Positions 10,097-20,880 of a stretch of DNA of 64,000 nucleotides are shown here, piece by piece (positions within the stretch are counted from its first letter, which is position 1; the number at the start of each line of letters is the position of its first letter). Both the position numbers and the translations under genes were made by a program. This stretch comes from Candidatus Marinacidobacterales bacterium (GTDB taxonomy: Bacteria > Acidobacteriota > Vicinamibacteria > Marinacidobacterales > SMYC01): contig CBDCYI010000009.1 in NCBI GenBank assembly GCA_965224085.1, forward strand, positions 768,001 to 832,000, read 5' to 3'. The notes beneath the pieces are model-generated. The model did no database searches. It worked only from the letters and a program-made list of their open reading frames with translations, and was not told the DNA's origin.

Positions 10097-10801
10097 TCAT
10101 CGGACGGCACAGGTTACCTCCTGCCAGACGATGAAAGCGCGGTCTCGTAGCTCCCGATGATGATGCGCTTGCAACAAATGCCGTCCGACGCGAAAGAGGT
10201 TTTGCACGAGTCCATGCACGGTCAAGAATCGTTGCGCCTGCCCAGGAGTTTTAAACTTCCGCATCTGTCGTTCCCGTTGTCGCGTCGGTTCGTGCGAGAC
10301 TTCGGCTAGGTTGTTTCTGTACTGGTCAGTGTCGTGGACGACGGACGGCATGACCTCGCGGTGAGCGGCGCTGTAGCTTCTCAGTTTGTCGGTGACCAGC
10401 TGCCAGGGCGGACGGCCTTGCCCTTTCAACAGCTTGCGGAAGAATCGTTTGGCGGCTTTCTGATCACGGCGAGGCTGGACGAGGATATCAATCACATCAC
10501 CATCTTGGTCTACCGCGCGCCAGAGGTATTGGCGTTCGCCTTGTATCTTTATGAAGACCTCGTCCAGGAGCCACGTGTCACCAAGGCGACCCTGCCGACG
10601 CTTCAGTCGCCGAGCGTATTCCGGCCCGAACTTGATGCACCAAAGTCGGATCGCTTCGTAGGAAACCGTGATGCCTCGCTGAGCAAGCAGCTCTTCGACG
10701 TTTCGAAAGCTCACGCAGAATCGGTGGTAGAGCCAGACGGCGTGGCTGATGATTTCCGGTGGAAATCGATAGCCGTGGTAGCTTGGCGCATCGGTCTTCA
10801 T
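10097..10801 (-). CDS. IS6 family transposase
   Basis: YRFPPEIISHAVWLY, LDEVFIKI, YLWRAVD, VTDKLRSY, NNLAEVSH. Confidence 0.93.
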   Translation of the reverse strand: MKTDAPSYHGYRFPPEIISHAVWLYHRFCVSFRNVEELLAQRGITVSYEAIRLWCIKFGPEYARRLKRRQGRLGDTWLLDEVFIKIQGERQYLWRAVDQDGDVIDILVQPRRDQKAAKRFFRKLLKGQGRPPWQLVTDKLRSYSAAHREVMPSVVHDTDQYRNNLAEVSHEPTRQRERQMRKFKTPGQAQRFLTVHGLVQNLFRVGRHLLQAHHHRELRDRAFIVWQEVTCAVR

Positions 10802-10841
10802 TGGACCATTCTGTCAGTCACCAGCTCAATTTGACAGCAAT

Positions 10842-11458
10842 GGCACCGCCCGCGTGGGCGGAGGTCATCGGAGAGTGACCGAAATCGTTCGTTCACTCGA
10901 AAGTACCAGACCGACACCTTCGACATCCTGCGCGACCGGAGCGAACTCAACGTTCGGACGGCGGTGCCCGTGCCGACCAGCCTGATCTTCCCGAGCAAGT
11001 ACTTTCCCGAGAGCGACGTCGCCGAGTCCGGTACGTACGTCCAGGCAGAGCTCCAATTCGGCCGCGTCACGCTCGTGCCCGGGGTGCGTTACGATCACTT
11101 CTCGCTCGACGCCAACCAGAGCGACCCGATCTTCCTTGCAAGCCTGAACCCTGAGCCGACCGACTTCTCCTACAGCGCCGTATCGCCGAAAGTTGGCGTA
11201 TCGGCGCGATTGACGGACGTGGTGACCGTCCATGCGCAGTACGCCAGGGGATTCCGGGCGCCACCATACAGCAGAGCCGTCAACACCGGCTTCACGAACC
11301 CACAGGGAGGCTACGTCACGCTTCCCAATCCCGAGCTCAGGGCGGAGACGAGCGACAACATCGAGGTCGGTGTGCGGACCGCGTTCGACCGCGCGAGCTT
11401 CGGCGTGACCGTCTTCTCGAACCGGTTCGATAACTTCATCGACCTGACGACGGTCGGC
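10842..11458 (+). pseudogene. Internal fragment of a TonB-dependent (haem-type) receptor
   Basis: PGVRYDHF, SPKVGV, YARGFRAP, LPNPELRAETSDNIEVG; bounded by IS6 and IS903-like ends. Confidence 0.8.
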
Positions 11459-12546
11459 GGCGTTGTTGCACGGCCCGGAGCAAATCGCTGACCTCCCTGT
11501 GCCGGTCGGAGAGTCACCCGGCGCAGTAAGTATCGGGCATACCGAGCGCGGTCATCTTGTTGAGTATCTCGCACCCAATTCGGTGTTCAACTCGTTGCCT
11601 CGCCAACGTTCGAGCCCGCATCTCGGGCCCCATGATCGCCTTGTAACGATAGACCGCGTTCTCCACCATGCTTCGCTCGGTGCAGCCTGAGAGCTTGTAC
11701 CATTCACGTCGGCCGTGTCTTTCGATGGCACGAATATGGCGGTCGCGTTCCCGCATTGCGGTGTTCGAATTCTGACTGAGCGTGGCGTTTCGTTGCGGCG
11801 GAATCACCACGCGCGTCCTTCGTTCAGGGCTGTGCGCTTCGATGGCTTCGTAGACCGCTTCCTTGTCGTATGCACTGTCCGCCGCCACCGACGCTATAGG
11901 TGCTTGAATCTGTGTTAGCAAAGGGGGGACTCGCGTTGCGTCGCGAGCTCGTGACACCGTCAGTTCGGACGCAACAATGTTGCCGGTCTTGCGATCAACG
12001 GCGATGTGCAACTTGCGCCAGGCGCGCTGCTTTGGCGGTTTGCGGGTGGTTCCAACATGAATCCTCAAGCCCGTGCTATCGATCATCAGGTGGATTGGTT
12101 GATTGCTTGCGGCTTTCCGAATCCGCAGCTTCTTGCGGAGCAGCCTCGACCGCCGACACAACGTCGAGTAGTCCGGGATCTCGATACACAGCCGGAGAAG
12201 CGAGGCGATCGAGTTCAAGAAGCCTTCGGTTTGGCGGTAGGCAAGCTTGTACACCATCCGGACAACCAGGCCCGTTTCAATCGCCATCTCTGAATAGACC
12301 CGTTGACCGCCAGGCTTACCGCTCTTGTCGGCCTTCCAGTTCGCGATTGCCTCCTCGTCAAACCAGACCGTCAAATCGCCCCGGCGGCGCAGCCCTTCGT
12401 TGTATTCCGCCCAGTTGGAAACGTGGTACTTCTTCTGTTTCGCGTGTTTGTACTGGCTGCGCTTGGGATACTTCATGGTCGAACATTACCTCGGCCACCA
12501 CCATAGGGTAGATTTCGCGCTCAGCCAAGAGCGGTGCAACAACGCC
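11459..12546 (-). mobile_element. IS903-group element, copy 2, 1088 bp
   Basis: Same 13-bp IRs and near-identical sequence to copy 1. Confidence 0.93.
11514..12476 (-). CDS. IS903-group DDE transposase
   Basis: 320 aa; differs from copy 1 at about three residues. Confidence 0.93.
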   Translation of the reverse strand: MKYPKRSQYKHAKQKKYHVSNWAEYNEGLRRRGDLTVWFDEEAIANWKADKSGKPGGQRVYSEMAIETGLVVRMVYKLAYRQTEGFLNSIASLLRLCIEIPDYSTLCRRSRLLRKKLRIRKAASNQPIHLMIDSTGLRIHVGTTRKPPKQRAWRKLHIAVDRKTGNIVASELTVSRARDATRVPPLLTQIQAPIASVAADSAYDKEAVYEAIEAHSPERRTRVVIPPQRNATLSQNSNTAMRERDRHIRAIERHGRREWYKLSGCTERSMVENAVYRYKAIMGPEMRARTLARQRVEHRIGCEILNKMTALGMPDTYCAG

Positions 12547-12791
12547 GCTTTTTCGGCACAACCATTCCCTACATCCACGAAAGCGGGACGATCGGCATCC
12601 TTTTCAGCCTGGCCGTGGTGGTCATCGCCGCGCTCAATCTGGTGCTGGACTTCGATTTCATCGAGACCGGCGCCGAGCGGGGCGCGCCGAAGTACATGGA
12701 GTGGTACGGGGCCTTCGGACTGCTGGTCACCCTGATCTGGCTTTACCTTGAGATGCTGCGACTCCTTGCCAAATTGCACAGTCGCAAGTAG
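12547..12791 (+). pseudogene. C-terminal fragment of a Bax inhibitor-1/YccA family membrane protein
   Basis: ALNLVLDFDFIETG...APKYMEWYGAFGLLVTLIWLYLEMLRLL. Confidence 0.85.
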
Positions 12792-12874
12792 GCGGACGAT
12801 CCCTTCGTCGCCGCCCGCCCGTCGTGTCCAAAAATACAAACGAACTCAAGAAAGCCGGATTCGAGCGGCGCTCG

Positions 12875-13277
12875 CCCGATGGACCTCGTGGAGCGCGACT
12901 TCAACGCCACACGCCCGAACGAGCTCTGGGTCTCGGACCTGACCTACATTGCCACGTGGCGCGGCTTCGTGTATGTCGCCTTCGTCATCGACGTCTTCGC
13001 TCGACTCATCGTCGGCTGGCGAGCGACGACATCGTTGACTGCCGGCATCGCTCTCGATGCGTTGGAGCAGGCGCTGCACGAGCGCCGACTAAACCCAGAA
13101 GACCCATTGGTGCATCACAGCGATCGCGGCGTGCAGTACGTCTCGATCCGTTACACCGAGCGGCTCGCCGAGGCGGGCATTGAGCCGTCCGTCGGCAGCC
13201 GAGGCGACTCTTACGATAACGCTTTGGCTGAATCCATCATCGGCCGCTACAAGACCGAGGTGACCCGTCGACGCGGG
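12875..13277 (+). mobile_element. IS3 family OrfB (rve) fragment
   Basis: DLVERDFNATRPNELWVSDLTYIATW, HHSDRGVQY, GDSYDNALAESII. Confidence 0.85.
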
Positions 13278-13490
13278 CTGTGCCTTCTATTTATTCATCC
13301 GGGCGCCCCGAACTTGATTAGTCTCCGGTCTGCCGGCACCATACCTGCTTGATTTCGTCGTTTGTTCGCGCTCTCATCTCCGCCTTCAAGGCTCGTCGCG
13401 AACTGGCTCTTGACAATGTCGCTCTTCGGCAGCAGCTCGCCGTCCTCTGCCGTACGGTGAAACGGCGCGGCTCTCGAAGGTCGACCGCGG
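13278..13490 (+). mobile_element. N-terminal remnant of an integrase-core (rve) transposase
   Basis: RRELALDNVALRQQLAVL, typical of that family's N-terminus. Confidence 0.55.
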
Positions 13491-13530
13491 GTGGGGTAAC
13501 TGTAAAGCCTAGGGGCCCTTGGCCCAGTCG

Positions 13531-13904
13531 CTAAGCTGCTGATTTATGGTCTATTTCGAAAGGGCCGAGTTTTGGCACAGGACGGGGAACCCGAATTGCC
13601 GGCCACAACGTCACCCTCCCAGGGCACTGGTGTCACCTCGTTCGAATGGGCGAGGATCTCCACGACCGCCTAGGGGCAGCCCCGACGTTCAGAACAATAG
13701 GCCGGATATTCGAAAACAATCGCAAGAGCGAGTCTCTCCACGTTCATAAGACGCCGGTTACACCATCGGATCGACCGATACGGACCAGCCGATCGTGGTA
13801 GGTCTAAACGCCGCAATCAACGCTGGATCGACTTTTGCGGAGCACAACTAAGCTGCTGATTTATGGTCTATTTCAAAAAGGCCGAGTTTTGGCACAGGAC
13901 GGGA
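13531..13904 (+). repeat. ~57-bp direct repeat at 13531-13587 and 13848-13904, partial third copy at 18284-18305; probable IS end
   Basis: CTAAGCTGCTGATTTATGGTCTATTTC.AAA.GGCCGAGTTTTGGCACAGGACGG. Confidence 0.8.
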
Positions 13905-14191
13905 TAGAAATGACTATCTGTCCCAGACAGAGAAGACTCCGCAAGCCCCACACTACCCAGGACGATGAACGTTATCAACGCAACTCGGAAAGTACTCCTG
14001 ACGGGAAGTTCAGAGGCGAACCGTTCAGGACCTAAGCCCGCTCCTTGTGAAACGCGTCTTACAAGCATCACTCATGTAGCATCCATAACACGACTCCCAC
14101 CTGGAACTTAGCAAGATCGACAAACTAGCGAAGCAATCTCCACTCGACCCGTATGATCGCTCTGGAAACGTGACGTGTAGAGTCCTCTCTC

Positions 14192-15667
14192 CTAGTCACG
14201 CGACGCTTTTGCAGGAGGACGTTTTGTAGGGGGACGGATCCCTTTCTCCAAGACCCTTTGCACAAAGCCAACCATGATTTGCGTCGATTCCACTAGCCCT
14301 GCGATGCTCACGAATTCATCGGGTGAGTGCGCGCCACCGCCACCGCCCGGGAGCTTGATGCCTCCGGAATAGAGCACGATCGCGCCCACGTTCCAGAAAT
14401 CTGGCCTGCCGCCTCCGCCACTTCCTCCCCATCTCATCTCTATATCTTGGTTCCCCGTGTACTCACGGCTGAACTCCAAGATTTCCTGTACCAGCGGGTC
14501 GTCTTCGGTGATCACGTCCCAAACGTTTCCGGGAGCCTTTTGAACGTGAGTAACCTCGAGCTCAACGCGCAGCTCGGGATTCTCTTTCATGAGGTCATCA
14601 AGTAGCTGGTTTAGTTCCGCCACCACCTGGCGGTGGTCTTGATTCGGAAACAGGCGAAGATCCAGAAACGCCTCTGCCTTCGACGGCATGACGTTGACCG
14701 CCACGTCGCGCGGGTCGCCGGTGGTAAGCACGGTAACATCCACCATGGGCTTCCGACCAGCGAATAACGGATCTTCTTCCCAGGTCATCCAGCGATCTAC
14801 ATCGATTACGGCTGGTATGACCTCCACAATTTGATGGGCGGCGTTGATCCCCCCAGGCGGATGGTGCATTTTCCCGGTGACGATCACCTTCGCCCAGACG
14901 TGGCCTCCCGCCTTACTGAATCTTGGTCCAAGACCCCCGGTGAGGTACCAGTCCGCTGCGATGAGTTCTGGCCGGTTTTCTACGACCCAGGGTAGACCAA
15001 ACTCCGTTGCGCCCTCTCCCGGTGGGATGGTCACAACCAGATCACCCTCCAGCTTGACCCCGGACTCCTTGAGAACCCTTAAGGTCTCGATGCGCTTCGC
15101 CACCCCTGCATGCGAATTGGTGGCGCCGCGCCCATAGATCTTACCGTCGATGATCTCCCCTCCTAGTGGGTCTACCGTCCAAACACCCCGATCTCCGATC
15201 ACAACGTTGTTGTAGTGCGTTGTCAACCCCAGAACGGGCTTCCCGGTCGTACCCCGAAGTCGCGCGACAACGACAGGAAAGTCAGAAGGATCCCCTGGAT
15301 ATTTTACTCCGAGACCCCGATGATACGGCGCCTCGAAAGGCTCCTCGGGATAAACCACCTCAACCTCGACCCCGATAGCCCTAAGCTCTTTTCCAAGGAA
15401 CTCGGCCACCTCTGCATGATTATGGACGACGCCCTTTGCGAATTCAGTGTTGATCCGTACCATTTGCTGCACGAGCCTGACGAGATTCTCTTCGCTCACA
15501 AGCTCTTTGGGGTCTTGCGGAGTCGCGCGCTCCTGACTTTGCTCCACACTTTGCCCTTCACAACCGGACAATAAGACCATTACCACCAGCGCCACTGCTG
15601 CCCACCGCCATCCGCGAGGTGGTGTCCAAGACCTGACTTTACATCCTAAAAAACTCATTCCAATCAT
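14192..15667 (-). CDS. M20/ArgE-DapE fold lipoprotein with degenerate metal site
   Basis: GGAG RBS; LSGC lipobox; WTVDPLGGEIIDGKIYGRGA, VNVMP, DLRLFP, AHSPDEFV. Confidence 0.85.
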   Translation of the reverse strand: MIGMSFLGCKVRSWTPPRGWRWAAVALVVMVLLSGCEGQSVEQSQERATPQDPKELVSEENLVRLVQQMVRINTEFAKGVVHNHAEVAEFLGKELRAIGVEVEVVYPEEPFEAPYHRGLGVKYPGDPSDFPVVVARLRGTTGKPVLGLTTHYNNVVIGDRGVWTVDPLGGEIIDGKIYGRGATNSHAGVAKRIETLRVLKESGVKLEGDLVVTIPPGEGATEFGLPWVVENRPELIAADWYLTGGLGPRFSKAGGHVWAKVIVTGKMHHPPGGINAAHQIVEVIPAVIDVDRWMTWEEDPLFAGRKPMVDVTVLTTGDPRDVAVNVMPSKAEAFLDLRLFPNQDHRQVVAELNQLLDDLMKENPELRVELEVTHVQKAPGNVWDVITEDDPLVQEILEFSREYTGNQDIEMRWGGSGGGGRPDFWNVGAIVLYSGGIKLPGGGGGAHSPDEFVSIAGLVESTQIMVGFVQRVLEKGIRPPTKRPPAKASRD

Positions 15668-15734
15668 TGGTTTCTCCCTCCTTTTATTTTTGATTCATCT
15701 CCCGATTTTTTGCCTACATTCATTTTCAATCTGC

Positions 15735-15935
15735 CCCGTGCCACAGCTTGCTCAACAGCTGGTTCCAAGCTTGCAGCCGAAGCATCCGCTACTCGCTGAA
15801 GCCGAATCTGGCCAATGTGGTGTTTCCCTCCATTTGTGCTGCTATTACCACAAGTGCCTTACCCTCGGCTCCACGACCTCGTTTCCAAGACTCTTACCCG
15901 CCAACCTCAGTGTCTCATCAACCTCTATCTTAAAG
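15735..15935 (-). mobile_element. Degenerate IS1595-family transposase remnant
   Basis: Minus strand, across frameshifts, gives IEVDET...KRGRGAEGKALVVIAAQ...IRLQRVADASAASL. Confidence 0.6.
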
Positions 15936-16019
15936 CAGCTAACGATGAATTTGTTAAAACGTGAACCTAACCCCTAACTTCATTATTCTCGCACCAAAAG
16001 TATCAATGGCACGTCTTCC

Positions 16020-16533
16020 CCCGCACCAGACCCGCCGCGGCCAACCGCTCCAGCACCCACGTGAACACCGCCGCGTGCGTCTCGACAGTCGATCCGCCGC
16101 CGCGTCCGCGACAGCGTCGAGTGGTCCGGCGCCGCCTCGGTCACGTCTAGGTCCAGAAACGACCGCAGACTCAACGAATCGGCCACCCGCCACGCAATCC
16201 CCCGCTCCGACGACAGCCCCTCGAAATAGCCGATGAACAGCAACCGGAAATACCGACCCGGGCGCAGACTCGGCCGGCCCAGCCGGTCTGCGTAGAAGGC
16301 CGCGCACAACCCTTCCACCAAGGCGTCGAACCCGGACTCTCCCAGGACCCGGTTCAGTCGCTCGAAGAAAGGATGGCCGCTGCTCGTCGGAAGGTCTTCC
16401 GTGTTCACCCACATCGGTGACGCCTGCCGTGCCGCCGGTTTCTTGCCCATTGCCATGCCTACGCGAGCTACCAACCCACGCTGCGGAATTTTGACGAGGC
16501 TACCAGCTTCACGCAGTTTCTCGAGCAAGGCTC
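16020..16533 (-). mobile_element. IS1182-family (DUF772) transposase 5' fragment
   Basis: MAMGKK...GHPFFERLNRVL...GRPSLRPGRYFR...SERGIAWRVADSLSLRSFL...PDHSTLSRTRR, then frameshift and truncation. Confidence 0.8.
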
Positions 16534-17101
16534 GACGCGACGGGCATACTCGGGTGGAAGCGGTACGGCGTTCGAGCTTGGCGGAATGTTCTCACTGACA
16601 CCGAAGTTCGCGCTCATGGGGAGCTTCGAGAGCCTCTCGGCGACGCATGACGCGACTTTGGACATTTCCGTACCGCATCCCCTGCTGTTCAACCGGCCAC
16701 GCACAGCCAGCACGGACATTGATGCGCTCGACTACTCGGAGCGCGCGCTCCACTTCGATATCGCGTACCGGATTGCGGTACCCCCGGTCGAGATCGATCT
16801 CTTTGTCGGTCCGAGCATCTTTTTTGCAAAAACCGAGCTCCTCGATCAAGGCACCACGGACTCGCAATACCCGTTCGACGAGCTGTCGCTCACGGCCGTA
16901 AGCCGTGTGACCTTGGACGAGAGCGCTCTTGGCTTCAACGCGGGCGCCGGTGTGACGTACTACATGACGGAAGCAGTGGGAGTTTCCTTCGTGACGCGCT
17001 TCAGTCAGGCGGGCCTCGAGGCGATGCGAGAGGGGGGCGAGCCCGTCGCTTTCGATGCCGGTGGATTCCGGGTAGGAGGCGGTATCCGGATCAAGTTCTA
17101 G
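16534..17101 (+). pseudogene. Outer-membrane beta-barrel protein, 5'-truncated by the IS1182 end
   Basis: GFNAGAGVTYY, amphipathic strands, terminal GIRIKF; no signal peptide remains. Confidence 0.65.
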
Positions 17102-17150
17102 CCGGGCTAGGACCGTCCTGTCGTCATGGGAATATCGCATCGCGCTGGTT

Positions 17151-17396
17151 GCTCGCCCAGGCGGGCATTGAGCCGTCCGTCGGCAGCCGAGGCGACTCCT
17201 ACGATAACGCTTTGGCTGAATCCATCATCGGCCTCTACAAGACCGAGGTGACCCGTCGACGCGGGGGCCCCCGACGAGACTTGAGTCGGAAGTACTGGTG
17301 TGCCTTCTATTTATTCATCCGCGCGCCCCGAACTTGATTAGTCTCTGGTCTGCCGGTGCTTCCGCGTCGTGTCCAAAAACACAAACGAACTCAAGA
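17151..17396 (+). repeat. Second copy of IS3/rve modules (matches 13163-13336 and 12820-12851)
   Basis: Near-identical GCATTGAGCCGTCCGTCGGCAGCC...GTCTGCCGG and CGTCGTGTCCAAAAA.ACAAACGAACTCAAGA. Confidence 0.85.
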
Positions 17397-17467
17397 CCGG
17401 CTGCTGGGACGTTTCGGAATAGACGTGTCTACGCTTGGTTGGCCAATGGAAGCTAGAATCCTAGGTC

Positions 17468-17600
17468 ATGAGCACGCGGGTCCAGCCCTTGACCTTGTTG
17501 GTCGCCATCGCTGGTTGGCTCCAGCGTGACCAACAGGCTGCTATGGTCTACTTGCTCGAGGAGAACAGAGTCCTCAAAGCTCGGCTTTGCGGGAGGAAGC
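17468..17600 (+). mobile_element. N-terminal remnant of an integrase-core transposase
   Basis: MSTRVQPLTLLVAIAGWLQRDQQAAMVYLLEENRVLKARL. Confidence 0.6.
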
Positions 17601-17949
17601 TTCAACGGAGGCCAAAGAACTGGATTTAGAAAAGTTTGAAACAGAAACCATGAACAAGATAGGTCTTCTCCCTGAGATTGGAGTAAGGTACAGAAGCACC
17701 TATTTCCAACATATCTTCAACCACGGACATCCTTCAGGATATTACAGCTACATATGGACCGAGGTTCTTGATGCCGATGCCTTTGAAGTATTTAAAGAGA
17801 CAGGCCTTTTTGACCAAAAAACAGCACAGGCATTCAGGGAGAACATTCTTGAAAGAGGCGGCACAGAAGATCCGATGACACTTTATAAGCGCTTCAGGGG
17901 AGCTGAACCTAAAATTGAGCCTTTGCTGAAGAGAAAAGGCTTTCAATAA
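17601..17949 (+). pseudogene. C-terminal fragment of an M3 peptidase (Dcp-like), AT-rich
   Basis: RYRSTYFQHIF, GYYSYIWTEVLDADAF, GGTEDPMTLYKRFRG. Confidence 0.85.
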
Positions 17950-17983
17950 TCATTTTCGGCCAATCCCGGCGCACACAAGAGAA

Positions 17984-18014
17984 GAACCGGGGCGCCACTA
18001 TTGGCGCCCCGGTT
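17984..18014. terminator. GC-rich hairpin, probable terminator
   Basis: AACCGGGGCGCCA-CTAT-TGGCGCCCCGGTT. Confidence 0.7.
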
Positions 18015-18106
18015 TGTGTCGTCCTTCGAGACCTAGAGGTTTACGCCTTCTTTTCCTCCCAACCGTGTTAAAACTCTAAGCGGAGTCCGAATCTCACGAT
18101 GTTTCG

Positions 18107-18283
18107 TGTCACACTCATTTGGACCATTTAGCGGAATGAGCTAAGAGACACTTTCAGGGACGGAGTCCCGGTTGGAGAGTGTCCAATGAGTAAGAACGAG
18201 CAGTCCGCGGAGTCGGCGGTGCGTGAGATCCGTCGCAAGACGCGTCGCCGATTTTCTGGTGAAGAGAAGATCCGGATTGTGTT
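18107..18283 (+). mobile_element. IS3 family left end and OrfA start remnant
   Basis: MSKNEQSAESAVREIRRKTRRRFSGEEKIRIVL from ATG ~18187. Confidence 0.65.
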
Positions 18284-18398
18284 GGCCGAGTTTTGGCACA
18301 GGACGAGTTATGAGGCAGCTTTGTGGAAATAGACGATTTTCCGAGAGCCATGCTAGACTTTTTGACGCCGTCTAATTCGACAGGTTTAGAAGAGAGTC

Positions 18399-20880
18399 TT
18401 GTCTCAAGAGACACCGCATCCGATCCATCGCCGCATTCAGGCTGAAGAGCTCGTGCGCCTTCGCCGGGCGAGCGAACATCGTCGGTACGCGGCGTCCCAG
18501 CGCCGTGGCCGTATCGACCCGAACCCTCATCAAATCAACGCAGTCATCTTCGCATTGGAGCGCATTCCAGAAGGCGGCTGCATTCTTGCAGATGAAGTTG
18601 GCCTCGGCAAAACGATTGAAGCGGGTTTGGTCATTGCTCAGCTGCTCGCGGAGGGTTGGCAACGGGTCCTCCTGATCTTGCCGAAGGCCCTTCTGGGCCA
18701 ATGGCAGAACGAGCTCTACACTCTCTTTGGGATCGAGACCCAGGAGGGCTCGCTGAGCCCGGACGCTTTCATCGGCCCCGGCGTGTTTCTTACCTCTCGC
18801 GATTTCGCAGGGAGTGAAAAGGGCTCGAGTCTCTTGCGGTCCGTCGAGCGTTTCGACCTATGTGTCATCGACGAGGCGCACGAGATTTTTGCGGGCATCC
18901 ACAAGCGGTTTGATCGCTACGGCTTCTACAAAGAAGACTCTAAGGACGCGCAGATGGCGCATCGCGTGCGTCAGGTGTTCACCGACGTACCCAAGTTGCT
19001 GCTCACAGCAACACCCATCCAGAACTCCCTTGTGGAGCTCTGGGGCCTAACGCAATGGATCGAGCCAACCGGTACTCTGCTTGGAAACCTCGCAACCTTC
19101 CGCGAGGTGTTCTGCGACGGTGACGATCGGTCGCTCGTGGTCGACCAAGCCCATGAGCTGCGGCGACGCATCAGCCGCATTTGCCAGCGCACGCTTCGTC
19201 GCCAGGCCCAGGAGTTCTTGGACAAACCCTTTGTTGACCGCCGAGCACTTTTGCTCGAGTACCGAATGAGTCCGGAGGAACGCCAGGTCTACGACGATGT
19301 GACTCGATATCTCCTTGAGCCCAACATCTGTGCCTTTAGTGGCAATCAGAGGCAACTTCTCCTTATCAGTTTCCACCGCCTCATGGCTTCCTCGCTTGCG
19401 GCCCTGGCCGCGAGTCTGCGCAAGGTCGCGGAACGACTGGAGAAAATGCTCGCTGGCGTCACTCCGCATCGTCTCAGCGAAAGCGTCCGTGATTTCGCGT
19501 TGGATCTCGAAGACGAGCTACCCCCACTAGCCGAGGACGAGGAGACGGCACCGGCTGCGCTGACCCCAGAGAAGATCCAAGACGAGCTCGAACGTGTTCA
19601 GCGCTTCGTTCAACGTGTCGAGCGCCTTCCGCGGGACGGCAAGGCCGAACGGCTCCTCAAGGCTGTCCGCCTCATCCAGAAGAGAAAAGGCAAAGGTAGA
19701 GGCAAGATCGTCATCTTTACGGAGTCACTCACAACACAGGACCACCTCAAGGACATTCTTATTAAGAGCGGTTTCGCTCCTCGAGATATCACGTTATTCC
19801 GCGGAGATAATGCGTCGCCGAGAGCCAGTGAAGCTTTGGAATGCTGGGACGAGGAAGTTGGTCAGCATATACCAAAGTACAGTCGCCCGAGCCGAAGTGT
19901 TGCTGCCCGCCTCGCGCTGGTCCACGAGTTTCAAACACGGTCCCGGATTTTCATCTCAACCGAGGCTGGCGCAAAAGGACTGAACCTTCAGTTCTGTGAC
20001 ACTCTGATCAACTACGACCTTCCGTGGAATCCGCAACGGATCGAGCAACGAATCGGACGGTGCCACCGATACGGTCAGACACACGACGTCACGGTCATTA
20101 ACTTCGTCGCCAAAGACAACGAAGCCGAACGTCTTCTTTTTGAGATTCTCAGCGACAAGCTGGACCTCTTCGGCACGGTGCTCGACGCATCTGACTCGTA
20201 CTGCACGAAGCGTCGACATCAACGCCGGAAACGCTTACGACGGCGCTTGGTGCGGATTTCGAGTCTCGACTTCGCCGTATCTACGAACGCGCGAGAACGG
20301 TGGAGGAGATCGAGGAGGAGCTTCGCCGATTGCGCGAAACCATGGAGGCCAAAAGGCGCGACTTCGAGCAGGAGACCGATCGAACACGAGGCCTGATCGA
20401 GACACGGATCGACAAGACGGTTAGAGCTGTCTTCCGACAGATCCAGGAAGAGTTACCGAGCAGTCTTGCACAATTGGATCGGGATATTGATGAGGTAGTG
20501 ACCGGCTACTTGACTGCGATCAACGCGCCCTTCGAGCGGACGACGAAGGACGGTAGGATCTTCCTCGAGCTTTCCGCATCGCCGGCTCTACCGGAAGAAC
20601 TGCGCGAGGGCGCGCAGGTGGCCATTGGACATGCTAAGGACCTGGAGGACACTGACCCGGTGCATCTGGGCCATCCATTGGTTCGTGCTGCTTTGGAGGA
20701 GTCCAGAGCCGCCACAGAGGGTCGCCTCCGAGTGCGTTTCAAGCTGAACGACAAGTCAGGCGATCCGCTGGACGAATACCGCCACAAACGCGGGTACTTG
20801 GCCGTCACGAAGGTGAAATATGGCGGTGTTGAGGCCGTGGAGCATTTGGTGCCGAGTCTGACCCTTGAAGACACCGACCT
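18399..20880 (+). pseudogene. SNF2-family (RapA-like) helicase, frameshifted at ~20195 and truncated at ~20880
   Basis: DEVGLGKT, DEAH, TATP, GLNLQ, PWNPQRIEQRIGR; restoring one base at GAC^TC gives a continuous DASDVVLHEAST...VEEIEEELRR. Confidence 0.85.

Larger units (their letters stand above)
9459..10840 (-). mobile_element. IS6 family element (ends approximate) carrying a nested IS200-like element
   Basis: IS6 transposase at 10097-10801; imperfect IRs GGTATTGTCAAGTT (9459) and AATTTGACAGCAAT (~10828-10841). Confidence 0.6.

Noticed and set aside
13531-13904. Direct repeats as a CRISPR array or sigma54 promoters
   Set aside because: Only two ~57-bp copies about 260 bp apart, no cas genes, and TGGCAC lacks the -12 GC; better explained as IS ends
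18399-20396. SNF2 helicase as part of DISARM or another defence system
   Set aside because: No methyltransferase, DUF1998, PLD or nuclease neighbours, and the gene is broken
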